In this document: positions 10,681-22,534 of the stretch, piece by piece
How the letters are laid out: each line of letters opens with the position of its first letter
Numbering within the stretch: position 1 is the stretch's first letter
Assembly (NCBI RefSeq): GCF_963506605.1
Contig: NC_083281.1
Coordinates: 88,102,001-88,166,000, forward strand
Direction of reading: 5' to 3'
DNA from: Zootoca vivipara
Lineage: Eukaryota
DNA length: 64,000 bases
Notes under the pieces: generated by a model
Database searches by the model: none
Told to the model about the DNA's origin: nothing
The model's input: the letters and a program-made list of their open reading frames with translations, nothing else
Program-made: the position numbers and the translations under genes

Positions 10681-13600
10681 GCAAAGTATGTTATGGTATA
10701 AAATTATATATGTTTGCATGTTACATGTTGTCTGTGTTGTCTGTTACGTGTATGTGCGTCTGTTCCTTGTGTCTGCTATAGATAGTTGTTTCCCTTAAAG
10801 TAAATGAGAGATATAATCCAGGTTTAGGAAATTAGGGGTTTGTGTTTAAAATTTGGCCATGACACCCACAGACTGCCTTTTTTAAAGCATGCATAGTTTA
10901 AAATAATATAAAAATTAAGGCAAGCTTGCTTAAATAATCTTATGTAAGGGCTTGATCAACCCAAAAACATGGCAAATATTTAAAAGAGTGGAGGTAGTGT
11001 GTAAAGGTTTGTTTTAAAGAGGCTGTAGAAGGCCATTGTTTCCTCTCCAAAAGTAAAAAGAGGGGGCAGGATGAAGGAAAATAACGAGCTGTAAGTTTAA
11101 AAATGCTTGCTCAATGCTTTGAAAATATTTTAAACTTGAAAATGTTCATAAACTCCAGCTATAAGTGGATAAGAGATGTACTCAAGGTTTAGAATGTTAT
11201 GGGGTGTGTTTAAATTGGCTACAACATCCATAGACTGCCTTCTTAAGTGTGCATAGTTAAAACTGCCAACTTGTTTAAATTTCTAGTATAGAAACAATGT
11301 TGAACCGATCAATCTTAAACATTATAAATATGAGAATGAGGTGTGCAAATGTTTGTTATTGAGAGAGGCTCCAAAGGGGAGTCTTTCTCCAAGTGACTAG
11401 ATGAATATTGACTAAAGGAAAATTGAACAGCTATTCCAATAAAGGTGATTTGTTTGTCAAAGGTAGAGCTTCCATAGCCAGGAATTGTCTATCTGAGTCT
11501 AGTTTTAACTTCAATTGTGTTGGACAGAAGGGTTATTGTTGGGCTCCTAATATCAGTCTCTTAAGAAAAAAACAACTCATCTGCTCAAGGGTTCTGTATA
11601 AAGTTGGTATTTTCATTCAAATCTTGTGAATCCTGTATCTTAGAGGGTTAGACTAAATGACCTCAGGGTCCCTTCTAACCCCCATTTTAGAGCTATGTGA
11701 AAGGCAATGTGTCTGATGTGGTGATGGGTTGAAATTCAGCCCAGCTCTGCTTTCTGGCAAGGAAAGATTATTGGTTTTCAGAGTTGGAACAAGAGTGTAA
11801 TTGTTGTTTTTATGGAGTGATTATATAAGTTTTTATCACTTTCTCTATTAAGGTTTAAAGTTTAAGCACATATGAAAGTCTTCAACATTTCCCAATCTGT
11901 TTGTGAACTCACAATATTTAAGGTCTGTGTCACAAGGGAGCCATGTGCTCTGTATGTAATGTTTCACCATGTGACTATGGAATATGGTGTTCCTTCTAGG
12001 GAAATGTTATTAAAAGTAGAGGCTCCATAGCCAGCAAATGTCTATCTGAGTCACTTTAACCTTGATTCAAATGGACAGAATGGTTTTAGTAAGGAAGTAA
12101 ATTCCCTCTTAAACTGTTTATCCAATCTTAAGGTTTGCTAAAGACTTCTATATAACGTTGGTACTTTTAATCTTCCCCTTCCTTATTTTTCCCTTAGTAC
12201 ACACATGTGCTTCCGTGATAGGGCATAGCCTGTGTTTCCTTCCCAGTCAGGCGTCTGTACTCAAATGTATGTGTATCCTAAGGGCAGTGATAGTGTTGAG
12301 ATCCCCATATTTCAGAAGGGGGGGACTAGATTACTCAAGATCCCTTCCAACCCTTTCCAAACTTAGAAAAAGGAGGGAGAGAAAATGTGTTTGTAAGCAC
12401 TGAAAAGTGAGTTTAAACCCTGGTGGTATAGTGAAATGGCCTGAATTCAGTCAAGCATTACTCTTTGGTGGAGAAGGATGGAAAGATAGATTTTTAAAGT
12501 TTGGCATGAAGAGTTTGAGGTGCCATTCAGAAAGAGGTAGAGATGGTATATCATGCTTTGAAAATGAATGTCTGGTGTTATTTTTTCCACCATATTGTCA
12601 GCTATTTTTTTTAACTGCAAAACTCCAGCCAACAGTTCAAGTAAATAAAGGGCCAGAAAATTTTGTCTGGAATTGGTAAGGCTGAAAATCAATGAGAATG
12701 CAAAGGATTTTATGAATTCTGGCTCTATGGCCATATTACCCATAGATAAAGGGGCAGAGAATTTAGTCTGCCATGGCTGTAATAAATTAATTAAAAACAA
12801 ACAAACAAACGAAAACATTTGCAATTACGAATTCACCCCGAACCCTGTAGATAAAGGGGGCAAATCAAGATTTATTTTGCCTGGGGTATGAGATGTTTAT
12901 ATAGTACAGTAAACATGGCTAATTAGTGCCATGACTTCATTAAGGAGTTTAATTTGACCAAACTTTTCTTGCAGCTTTCTGGTAAAAATATTGGGTTGCC
13001 TGGATATTGAAGTTTTATATATTAAAAGTTTAAGATTTATAAGCCTGCTTCCTAAGCAGCAAGGAACAGGAAATAAGAGGTGTCAGAAATATCTCAGGAC
13101 ACAAAAGCTAAAGAAATGGATTTAAACTGACCAAAGAATTTAATTTCACCACTTTTGTTGCTGGTTTGGTGGAAGTGTAAATTGCTGGGTTTCTGTGTAA
13201 AATCTAACCCTATTTTAAAATCTACTCTTTCCCCTTCCCTTCCTTTATTCAGATGGTAATGTTGTCAAGAGGTACAGCACTTTAAAAAAAAAAAAAGGGT
13301 ATAATAGACTGCCGAATCATGAACTCTGTACATGCACAGAGGCTATGTCAGCTTGAAGAGGAAAATAGAGGAGAAAAAGGAGGTTTAAACTAAGGGGCGA
13401 AAAGGTTATAATCTGCTCATGAAATATTATTCAAATTTCTTAATGTAAAGCTTTGAACCACTGAGGGAAAACAACCTCATGTATGTTACTGGTCCATCAA
13501 AGTTAAATGGTTGCCAAGTTTCAAAATCTTAACATGCCAGATTCTTTCCACAGGTATAAATAGCAGAGTACTACTATAAGTCTGTCTCTTGAGTAGTTTA

Positions 13601-16195
13601 TAAATTAATTAAGAGGTTCAAGGTTATGCTTTGCACATGAAACTTAAATTTAAATTTCCTTATGTAAAAATAAATAAATAGATAAAGAACCATTGAGAAC
13701 CATCAACTGTTTAGAAGCTGCCAATTCCAGTTCAACATGCAAAACTCTGTACATTTTAGGAACATTTCCTGACTGATTTTCACATGAAATAATTTTCCCT
13801 TTCCAGCAGGATGCTGAGATTCAGGGTGCAGAAATTCTTTCAGGACCTTAATGCAAAATTATCTCCCAATGGGGGGGGGGGAGACGCCACCTAAACAAGC
13901 CCCCCCACACTTGGAAATTCATAGGAAATTGCGGTCTTCTCTTCATACTGCCCTGATGTGTACCTTTGGTCTGATCCAACCAGTTGACAGACTATGCAAA
14001 CAAAAGGCTCCATTTCTTTCCTAGCAGGTACTCAGGATGGATACTTATCTCTCATTTGCATTTCACCCCGAAGCATTACCCTATGTTAATATAACCCTCC
14101 CTTTTCTAATGTAGCAATGATTGAGTGTTTTGCCAATTCTTTTCTTCCACAGCAAAAAAAAAAAAGTGAGGAGTGAGGAGATACAAACAGTAATTTCATT
14201 TCTCTTTGGCGCTTCTCTTTAGCTTATAAATAATCTGCTTCCATTTATTATATCAGTTTTTCCATTATGTCTATGAAATTATTCTAACAATAACCAGGTA
14301 AAAATTGTTGTGTGAGTGGTAATCTAAATTTTATTATTTTATTTTTGTATCTTTTTTGGTATTTCTACTTTTTCTTTCTGTACATACAAATGTAGCATCT
14401 AAGTCATTCTTTCCTGTAAATAATAATAATATTAATCCCTTTCAAACAAGATACGTGAACCTCAAAGAGAATTCAGAACCACATAAGGAAAATGTTAATA
14501 ACTTATCGATTGGGTCCTAATTAACAAAATTTTTGTCCTTTGTTTCCTCCACAGCCAAACTAGGTGAAGTAAATTAAACAGACTGAGTAGACAATAACAG
14601 CAGTAATTAAATATGAATGATAATAATAATATTTAAATGAATAAAATGCCTAACTATGATCTTATATTATTTGCAGCTTCCCAAGAAGAAATTTCTAGAA
14701 TATTCTCCCCTTTCTTGACTATTTATTATTATTATTTTTAACTAATTATATCTTCAGGCCCCAACCCCCTGCAGGCCTATTTTCAAAAGGATGTGTATCA
14801 TTTACAGCTTCCCGACAATTTTTTTAGAAATACTGTAGGATATTCTCCCCTTTTGTTTTCCCACTCCTTCCTTCCTACGTAACTGTCTTTTAGTTCCAAG
14901 CACTCCTGTCCCTCTGCAGACTGTATTTCTGAAGACTGAATAATGAACCTACAGCAGCTGAACAGCATGAGAAAGCCCACAGCCATTGTTTCCATAAATG
15001 ACTTTTTTGGGACTTTTTGGGACTTAAGGGAGGGGGGAGAAAGGGGGGAACTATTGTTGAAAAGTTTTAAGGATTTTGACTATAAGACTGTTTCTTATCT
15101 GCAACAACAACAGACATCAGATTTTCCAAAGTAGCCACAGCATCTTCAAAATCTCCTTCCAAAAGAAACAGACTGAAGAGGGGCAAGGGAAAGTGAATTG
15201 CAAGGACATACGCTCTCTTTTGACTTCAAGACTCTGTGCCTATTAAGAATTGGCCTCAAGACATACAACTGATATAAATTATTATGTTTTATGTTGTGTG
15301 ATATTCGACAGAAACATTGAACTATGTCTGACAGTATGTTATTTCCACAAGGAGGGGGGGGTGAACCAATTTTGTGTTTAATTGTTTTTTAATGTTTAAT
15401 GTATAGTGTCCCAATGTTTTTTTTTGTATTATTGCCATGCATTGTATGCCTTTTAAAGGATCAGGATATTGCATAGTCCAGTATTTAGATTAGATCAAAT
15501 TATGACCACATTTTCTTGTCCCACCTGGCACTCTGCAGTGTGCCAGCCTTCTTACACAATTTTAGATTGTTTTAAATCATTTTACCAAGAATAAGCCCCA
15601 AGATCCATGAAACACCAGATAAATGAAGGTATTTATGTCTTGATTTAACAGGAATGATCCCTTTTAGAGTTAAATTTGACTAATTTGGACATGTTTTATT
15701 GGGCTGTATAAATTTTAATTTGGCTTCAGTTCTAATTGGGCAAGTGTATCCAAGGTGCAAGTAGCTTTCTTCCTTTAAGAGCAACTGGGCAACTCCCTAC
15801 AGTGCAAGGCCAGAGCCTATAATAATAAAGGCCCATAGGAAGCCCAAGGCAAAGGCATCTCTCTCATGACATGTCCAAACCTGTGGCAGCTATGGGGGGT
15901 GCCAGGCGACATGGTCAATATGAAAGCCCTAAGGGGATTCACCAGGGATTGTTGCTGTTGTGCCACGATGGAGGTGTGCAACCAGAGGAGAGCTAGCTTT
16001 TGACACCTGAAGAACACACAAAAGGGTAAACAAACAAACTGCACTTTCCAGTCAATATTGGTGGACCATCCTGTTAAATGAAATACGTACACCATTTTTG
16101 AGAAATGCTTCTCCCAAAGTACTAAAACAACACATCTGGTTATTCTTTTGTGGGGCAACAATTTTTAAGAAAAATTATAGCCCCAAATGGGGAAT

Positions 16196-16905
16196 TGTTA
16201 TAAGAATTTTAAGGTCATATATATATATAATAATTGTTCATAAAACATGTACATGAATGTACAGAAACATGTCTGAAGCAGCACAGGAAAACAGGCCTGA
16301 CTGACACCATTTTGACTCTCTCTGACCAGGTGTTCCTCTGCAAGGAAGAAGTGGGGTGGGGGGGAACCTTCTCATTGTCTCAGGAATTAAAGTGATAATC
16401 CCTGGCATCCTGATACCTGACTGCCAGACAAAAGGGTGTGATTAACTTGGCTGGGAAACAGGGAAATGTAAATATCTCTCAATTTTGTTGATTAGGTTCT
16501 GGGGGCAGGGGGCAGGGTCCAGGGTGCTCAGATTACTGCCACCAGACCTCCCCTTTCATGATGTACCTATGATGAATCTAGGGAGGGGGGGTCTTGGGCT
16601 ACACCCCTTCTGTGACATATGGATGATGCTTCTGGGGGGTGGGCTGAAACCAATTTCAAATCTCTTTTTAAGGACAAGACATCTTTGTTTGGGGGTTCCT
16701 TCCTTGTTCTCCTGTGTGAGAGGAAGGACCCTGTTGCAACAGCAAAAATAAAAGTGCCTTGCTTCGCACGTCCTGGTTTGGTCTCTGTTATTTGGTGGGC
16801 AGGAGACGCTTAAACTTTGTCTGCTTGCCAGGATACCTGGACTCTTCCTGGGTCAAGGATCCACTTAATTCTAGGGCCGTGTAGCTCTGCAAAATTTTTA
16901 CAACA
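16196..16905 (+). repeat. 3' LTR
   Basis: Identical to 8716-9425 at offset 7480; duplicated ORF-track entries 9005/16485 and 9139/16619. Confidence 0.95.
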
Positions 16906-17043
16906 ACTGCTTTGAGAGGCGATGAGCTCTCCTTCACTGGAGGTATTGAAGCAAAGGTTCGGCATCCATAAGTAAAGGATGTTGTGATTACACCCCACTT
17001 CAAGCAGGTGTCTGACTAGATGATCCCCAGGGATCCTCTCAAC

Positions 17044-17299
17044 TAGGGCTGGGCAATATCTGCTTTTCAACATCGTGATATATCATCAGGTAAACATTGC
17101 AATATATCATGGTGCCTGAAATAAGGATGGAGCCATGTAGAGGCATTGGCTGGCTTCACGGTTTTTGCTGCACCGTGATTTTTTTGCATAGCGCACACAC
17201 AAATCATGATTCACAATATATTGCCAGGTCAAAAATGATGAAACCGTTGTCACAATATGGACTTCAAACCAGTTCTGGGCGATATATCGCCCAGCCCTA
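17044..17299. mobile_element. hAT MITE
   Basis: TIRs TAGGGCTGGGCAATAT / ATATCGCCCAGCCCTA; perfect 8-bp TSD CTCTCAAC (17036-17043, 17300-17307). Confidence 0.92.
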
Positions 17300-17319
17300 C
17301 TCTCAACTCATGATTATTA

Positions 17320-17584
17320 TCTCTCCTGGGGATCCGCCGGTCGATCCGCCGGGCTCACTTGGCGCCCGCGTACCGGCGGCGGCAGTTCTGGCAGTCTGGA
17401 GGCTAGGCTGGCGGCACAGGCACGCTGGTCGCTCTCAGGAGCTTCGCGCTGCCGTGCGCCATCTTGCCTCGCCGGAAGTCCGTCAGCAATGCAAAGCGCC
17501 CTTTTCCTCGCCGCACGTCGCGGCACACCAGCCGGTGTCTCGCGGCACACTACTGTGCCGCGGAACACCGGTTGAGAAACACTG
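17320..17584. mobile_element. Truncated CpG-rich hAT (Charlie-like) end
   Basis: Ends in GGTTGAGAAACACTG (CAGTGTTTCTCAAC terminus); other end not found. Confidence 0.55.
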
Positions 17585-17775
17585 TGCTACTCCATGAAAA
17601 CCAGCAAAATGGAATAAGAGGCAGGCAAGGGCAGTTAAGATACCTGGATGCTACACTAGGTGTTTTGATTCCGGCTCCCATTACCAACCCAGTCCCTGTC
17701 TGGCAGAGATTTAGGGACCAATCCAAGATGTCAAGCCAAGACTGCCTGGGAAGGAAATTGAGGAAGCGGCTAAAG

Positions 17776-18483
17776 CAGAGCTTTCCAAACTCTGTGTCGC
17801 AACAGGTTAGTGTGCCGGCTGCAGTGTGTTGGTGTGTTGTGCAAATGCTCCTCTTGGGACTGGAAAGGGGTTAGTTTAACCTCTGGTTTGTTAGTAAAAC
17901 TGAATTACTGTGTCGCAAAATGATGCATGTCTAAAAAGTGTGTCACCAGCACGAAAAGTTTGGAAAGCTCCTTGTTGGGGATAACTCAGACGGAAATTCC
18001 CAGGTGTCAAAAAAAAGGCTATTTATGTATGCCACTACTGCGGCTCATGTTTCGTTAGCCCCAAAATGGAAACAATAGAGGTCCCAACTGAAGAATGGCA
18101 ACTTAAACTGATGGAATATGCGCAGCTTGCGGATCTAACATATAGAATAAGAGAAGAACATACCTTTAAACAAGATAGGAAAGATGTTTATTGAATATAT
18201 GGAGGAAAATTGTGTATATTTGAATATTTGGGCAGCATTAAGATAAATTCAACAGTGTAAATAGGTTTTGATGGATGTGATAATGGAATACTGAATGGTT
18301 TAGTTTATATAAAATATGCAGGGATTTATGTTGTGCAAAATGAACCATGGAAAGAGAGGAAGGGAAGTCATTGATATTTTAAGGTTGTTTAAGTGAATAT
18401 TCTAAAATGCAAAACAGAAATTTAATAAAAGTTGTGACTGTTGAATTGCAAAAGGAAAAAAAAGAAAAGTTTGGAAAGCTCTG
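17776..18483. mobile_element. hAT MITE with nested L1 fragment
   Basis: TIRs CAGAGCTTTCCAAACT / AGTTTGGAAAGCTCTG; TSD GGCTAAAG/AGCTAAAG. Confidence 0.8.
17971..18463 (+). mobile_element. L1 3' fragment
   Basis: LFMYATTAA...EEWQLKLMEYAQLADLT remnant, AATAAA and A-rich tail; 18-bp TSD GAAAAGTTTGGAAAGCTC (17953-17970, 18464-18481). Confidence 0.85.
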
Positions 18484-18502
18484 AGCTAAAGTTTCAGCCT
18501 AC

Positions 18503-18599
18503 CTGTCTGCATGGTGGAGACTGCAGAGACAGCAGCGTTCAGGAGAAGCAGCCATTTACCCCACACCTCCAAGCCTCCTCGATGGGCTGGTTTGCTCAT
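18503..18599 (-). CDS. LDLRAD2: LDLRAD2 coding exon 1 (signal peptide)
   Basis: 97 bp, MSKPAHRGGLEVWGKWLLLLNAAVSAVSTMQT then G|GTAGGC; phase 1 fits exon 2; resembles human RLLLLGAAALTATALET. An in-frame upstream ATG exists at 18626. Confidence 0.85.
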
Positions 18600-19986
18600 C
18601 TTGGTCTCTTTCGGGAGCCCCTGCATGCCAGGCTATAAGCAGAGGAAAAGGCAGGAGTGTGTGAAATGGCAACAGCTGTGAGAAGCAGGGTTTAAATGGA
18701 CCACCGCAGCCCCTGGTGAGCAAATCAAGCTAGGGATTGCTTTTGCGTGATCTGACAGGGGAACAAAAGGAGGGGCTGGCAAGCTTATTGCAAAAGAGTC
18801 CCATCCTGGTATAAGTGTGTTTTTTTCCCTAAACGGGCAGCTTAACTTTTGCCCTCCTTCATGCCGGCTTTTGCAGACGCTGTCTGCACATCGCTCAGTT
18901 TCCATGGGAATGATGGGAGACGGATGGAGCGATGCAAGCATCCTGTCTTGGGCAATCTAACTGAACGCCTCGGGAATCTGGAACCACCCCCTGAGGCTGG
19001 CAGTTTTGAAATGAATGCAAGATGGGTCTAAGCAAAGCCAGCCAAATGGGGAAAAGAGCGCTGACAGACACTCGGCTGCTGGGCCGTTGACTGAGGGTGG
19101 TGCCATGCCTTCAGGCTCACATCGGCACCATACATTTACAACGCACCTTCCTATTTTCCTATTTGTATCTCTTGCAGCCAAAACCACAACTCTAGTCCGT
19201 GAAACTTCAAAGCATAATGCATTGAATGGCCTTTGAAGGTGCACACAAGGTTCTGTGTTGCTTCAGGAAGAACACGTTGCTGCTGCTGTCAGTGGAGACA
19301 TACTCCAACTGACCTAGCAGTTAGATGGTGTGATTTTGTTTCCATCTGATCCCTCTTAGCTCTTTTTCTTTTCATTGCTTTCTTTTCCACAAAACCATTT
19401 TTCTTTTTTCTCTCTGTTGCCCCCTTCTTCCTCCACCACTTCCCCCGACATTCCTTGAGGTCTCATGAGGCCCTAAGCTACTGAAGGTAATGGGGCCCTT
19501 TATATGTCCAGCTGTCCCACCTCTACAATGGATCGCGGGGAGGCTGCAAAGGAGGCCTTCTTCCCCTGAGGGTTCTGTCGCTGAAATGGCCAGCAGGAAG
19601 GGTAGCATACAAATTTAAGAAATTTGAGATATTAAGAAATCCCCACCTGCCATTCCCTGGGCATTAAAGCACCAGAACCTTCTCATATTGGAGCTCTCAC
19701 GGGGGTGAGAGGTTATGCGAACCCTGTTAGGATGTTGGAGGCAAAGCTCCATGAGGAAGAGAAGCAGAATTTATTGTTATTTCTATTTCCTATCAGGGAA
19801 TCCCTTGACTGGGCCAGTCCAGCCGCCTTCAGACCTTGGCCCTTGTCTGTGGGGCAACGCAGAGGCCTTGCAGTCACTTGCTCCCAGGAAAGGGGGTGTC
19901 AGGTCTTCTGTCTGCTCCTTGGGGTCTCCTGCTCTCAGCTGAGTCTGCATCACAAGGCAGGACAGGCTTCTGAAGCCTGCCTTGTG

Positions 19987-20060
19987 ATTGGCTGCCTAGT
20001 GCAAAGCAGCCAATCCTGCCCTCGGTGGGTGTCGCCAGGGGCGGGCGGAAATGTATATAA
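19987..20060 (+). promoter_or_regulatory. Putative Pol II promoter module (ATTGG, CCAAT, GC box, TATA)
   Basis: ATTGG 19987, CCAAT 20010, GGGGCGGGCGG 20038 and TATATAA 20054 in canonical order; motif inference only. Confidence 0.45.
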
Positions 20061-20833
20061 GCCCTGTTTTGCCAGTCTGCTCCGGAGGCCTCAAGGAAGC
20101 CTGGAGGCTGAATGGCTGCCTTAGCTCTTGCTTAAACTCACCTCTCTTCCCTCAGGGCTCAGGGGGAGGCCCTTTGTGAGGGCAAGGGGCCCTTGGAGCC
20201 AGGCTCCCTATTCTCCATAAACACCCACCCAGCCCATCCTGGAACCTAGTGTAGGATAACACGGTTGCAACTGAGCCCCTCAAGTGAGCCTGTGCGTTTG
20301 CCAGGCACTGCCTGGTGCTGCTGCCTGTGGGGCCCAGATAAGCCCCCCCCCAGGGGAATCTGAGAGGGGCTTGAGCCCCACAGCCCCCATGAAGTTGGGC
20401 ATGAAGGCCTACAGGGTCAGTTGCTGCATCTCTGTCCAAGAAGAGCTGGGGGTGGGGAAGGGCAGCTTGGCCCCAGCAGGACAGGACAGGACAGGACTTG
20501 CCTGGGGACATCTCAGGCCTCTCCTTGGGCCTTGGGGAAGGGGCTCTTCCTCTGCCTTCTTCCTCCACATCCCTTCCATTGGGTGTCTTGTCTTTGGACT
20601 TTCCAAACCTGAGGAAAGGACTTGTCTCACCTTCTTTTAAATCGATGTCAGCTGCTTTAGGAGACAACAAGAGTCTGCAAAGCAGGATAAAAACAAGAGG
20701 AAATGTATGAAACTGTACATTTCAAAGAACAGATATATCAGCCTTGAGTTGCATGGCATTAACATTGTTCTAACCACTAGGCCACACGGACTCTCCTAGA
20801 ACACTGGCACTGAGGCCGGGCATTCCACGTTCT

Positions 20834-20854
20834 CAACTGCCGTTGCCTAGCAGC
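20834..20854. promoter_or_regulatory. Adjacent MYB-like and RFX X-box-like motifs upstream of putative MROH-like exon 1
   Basis: CAACTGCC (reverse complement GGCAGTTG) abutting GTTGCCTAGCAGC; second X-box-like GTTGCCATGGCCAG at 20989. Confidence 0.4.
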
Positions 20855-20954
20855 GGAACTTGTGACCGTTTGAACTGAGGTTCCTGCATCCTCAGCATCT
20901 TGAGGTTGGCAGAGGTGGCCTGTAGTGACCTTCGCTCAGTCACTACATTAGAAG

Positions 20955-22534
20955 ATGGCGTCCCAAAGACTCCTGGAGGTAAGGGGAGGTTGCCATGGCC
21001 AGGGGACTTAACTCTGGAACCTAGATTAATGGTCTCACCAAGTTTGGCAAAGAGTCAAAGAAAGGGTTGAGCTTTGCCCAGGTTTTTGGAAGGGGAGAAA
21101 GAAGGAATGCCAAAAAGGAAAATTCAGTGTCCTATATTGCAGTCGATAGAAGATTATTTTGAACAAAGGATTCCTTCTGATTTATGTACATGGGAATCTG
21201 GGAGAAGCTTCATTTCTATTTCCACATGCTGGATGTTATCTTTGTACTATAGTTTGGAGGGAAAGGGAAAAACAGAAGGAGACATGAGAGCGTGAGCGGC
21301 TGGCCCAGTGGAGGGGAAGGGGGTGACGGATGGATCTGTTTTTTCTGCAGAGGCAGGGAGCCCTGCTGCCCACCTGTCCACAGAGTCCATTGCAGGAAAG
21401 GGCTGCTCCCAGGTGCAGGTGAGGGAGAGACAGGAGGCCTGGCGGAGCTCTATTCCTGGAGGAAGGACGGGTGAGAAACAGCGCCATGAGCTCTGCTGAG
21501 ACAGGCCAGCTCCCTCAGGCCTCCTCTCCCCCAACTGTCATCGGGCGGCAGCCATTTCATCAGGCTGTCTCAGTGGGAAAGATGAGAACAGCATTCTAGA
21601 CATTGGGGCCTGAGCTTGTGAGTTGTCTTTTCCTCTGCCCTCCTTGACCCCTTTCCTTGTGTACTGTATTTCTGTTGGTTAGATTGTTTGTTACAATAGA
21701 AGTCTGCCATTAGGGGGTTTCTTGCATTTGATTTCATGGAAGGCTCTCTTGGAGCCTTTTTGGCTTAAGAGAGGGGTACAAATGCTCTAAATCAGGGGTG
21801 GCCAACTTCCAAGACACTGTGATCTACCTGATAGAGTTAAAAACTGTCAGTGATCTACCCCCTTTTGGGGGATTCAGGTCAAAGTGTTGTTGAGCTTTTT
21901 TTAGGAAAGCCCTGTTTTGGGGGTTGCAGGCCAACATTATTGAACTTTTTTTAGGGGAGCCAACAAAGTTGTTGAGCTTGTTTGTGAGAAGCCAGTGATC
22001 TACCAGTAATCTACCACAAACATCAAGTGATCTACCGCTAAATCACAATCTACCTGTTGGATGTACCTACTCTAAATTAATGGATGGATGAATAAGGTCT
22101 CTAAGGAAATGGAGGACAGAGATTTTTAGTTTGTTTCCCAACCTACCACGTCTGCGCTTTCCTGATCAACACAAAAACATGAGTGGGTCTGATCCACTCC
22201 TCACATTCGGACGTTCCTGTTTCTCTTTTCTCATGGACAGGGAATTGATTTCGATGAGGATCAAATATCGGAAATCAGCCTAGAAGATGGGGAGGATCTT
22301 CCTCCAAGGTAATGCTATGCTAAACCCCCTCCCCCATAATCAATTGCTTTCAAAAGCCCCCCCCCCGTCCAATTCTATGGTGGTGGTGCTTGGGGTCTTT
22401 AAAGGAGGGGAGGCAATAAAACCTTTTTACACAAGTGCTACTCCTCTCTCCTCTCAGCATCCCAACCACAGGTTCTCCGGATACGGCTGATGTTCCTCTT
22501 GAAGGCTTCAGCGAGGACCAGCTGAAGGCCAGAC
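20955..22534 (+). other. Putative ancestral 5' coding exons of MROH-like copy 1 (20955-20978, 22241-22308, 22458-), now out of frame
   Basis: aagATGG MASQRLLE|gtaagg; GIDFDEDQISEISLEDGEDLPP|gt; phases are compatible using the 175-bp exon of copy 2, but that exon is 173 bp in copy 1. Confidence 0.5.
21793..22069. mobile_element. hAT MITE (GATCTAC-repeat family)
   Basis: CAGGGGTGGCCAAC ... GTTGGATGTACCTA; 8-bp TSD CTCTAAAT (21785-21792, 22070-22077). Confidence 0.88.

Larger units (their letters stand above)
8716..16905 (+). mobile_element. Full-length non-autonomous ERV1-like provirus (8190 bp), antisense in LDLRAD2 intron 1
   Basis: Two 710-bp TG...CA LTRs; 4-bp TSD ACTG (8712-8715, 16906-16909); PBS after the 5' LTR; purine tract AAATGGGGAAT before the 3' LTR; gag-MA remnant; no long internal ORF. 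Confidence 0.95.
8575..17043 (+). mobile_element. CR1 LINE 3' fragment (8575-8715 plus 16906-17043) split by the ERV
   Basis: CAGTGGAAATGACTG joins CTTTGAGAGGCGATGAGCTCTCCTTCACTGGAGG...GACTAGATGATCCC, a typical CR1 3' end continuous across the TSD. Confidence 0.7.
19517..21788 (+). repeat. Left arm of a long inverted duplication (upstream region of the MROH-like gene)
   Basis: 19517-20610 is the reverse complement of 31051-32105, and 21600-21788 of 29756-29945; mirrored ORFs 20152/31138, 20284/31039 and 19715/31426. Confidence 0.92.

Noticed and set aside
15290-15400. Possible env TM remnant (..MLFPQGGG)
   Set aside because: No convincing immunosuppressive domain or CX6CC motif; indistinguishable from chance.
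21552-21617. Putative extra MROH exon with a TAG that seemed to be CAA in the inverted arm
   Set aside because: The CAA in the arm comes from the other side of a deletion junction, so it is not evidence of a nonsense mutation; exon status unsupported.
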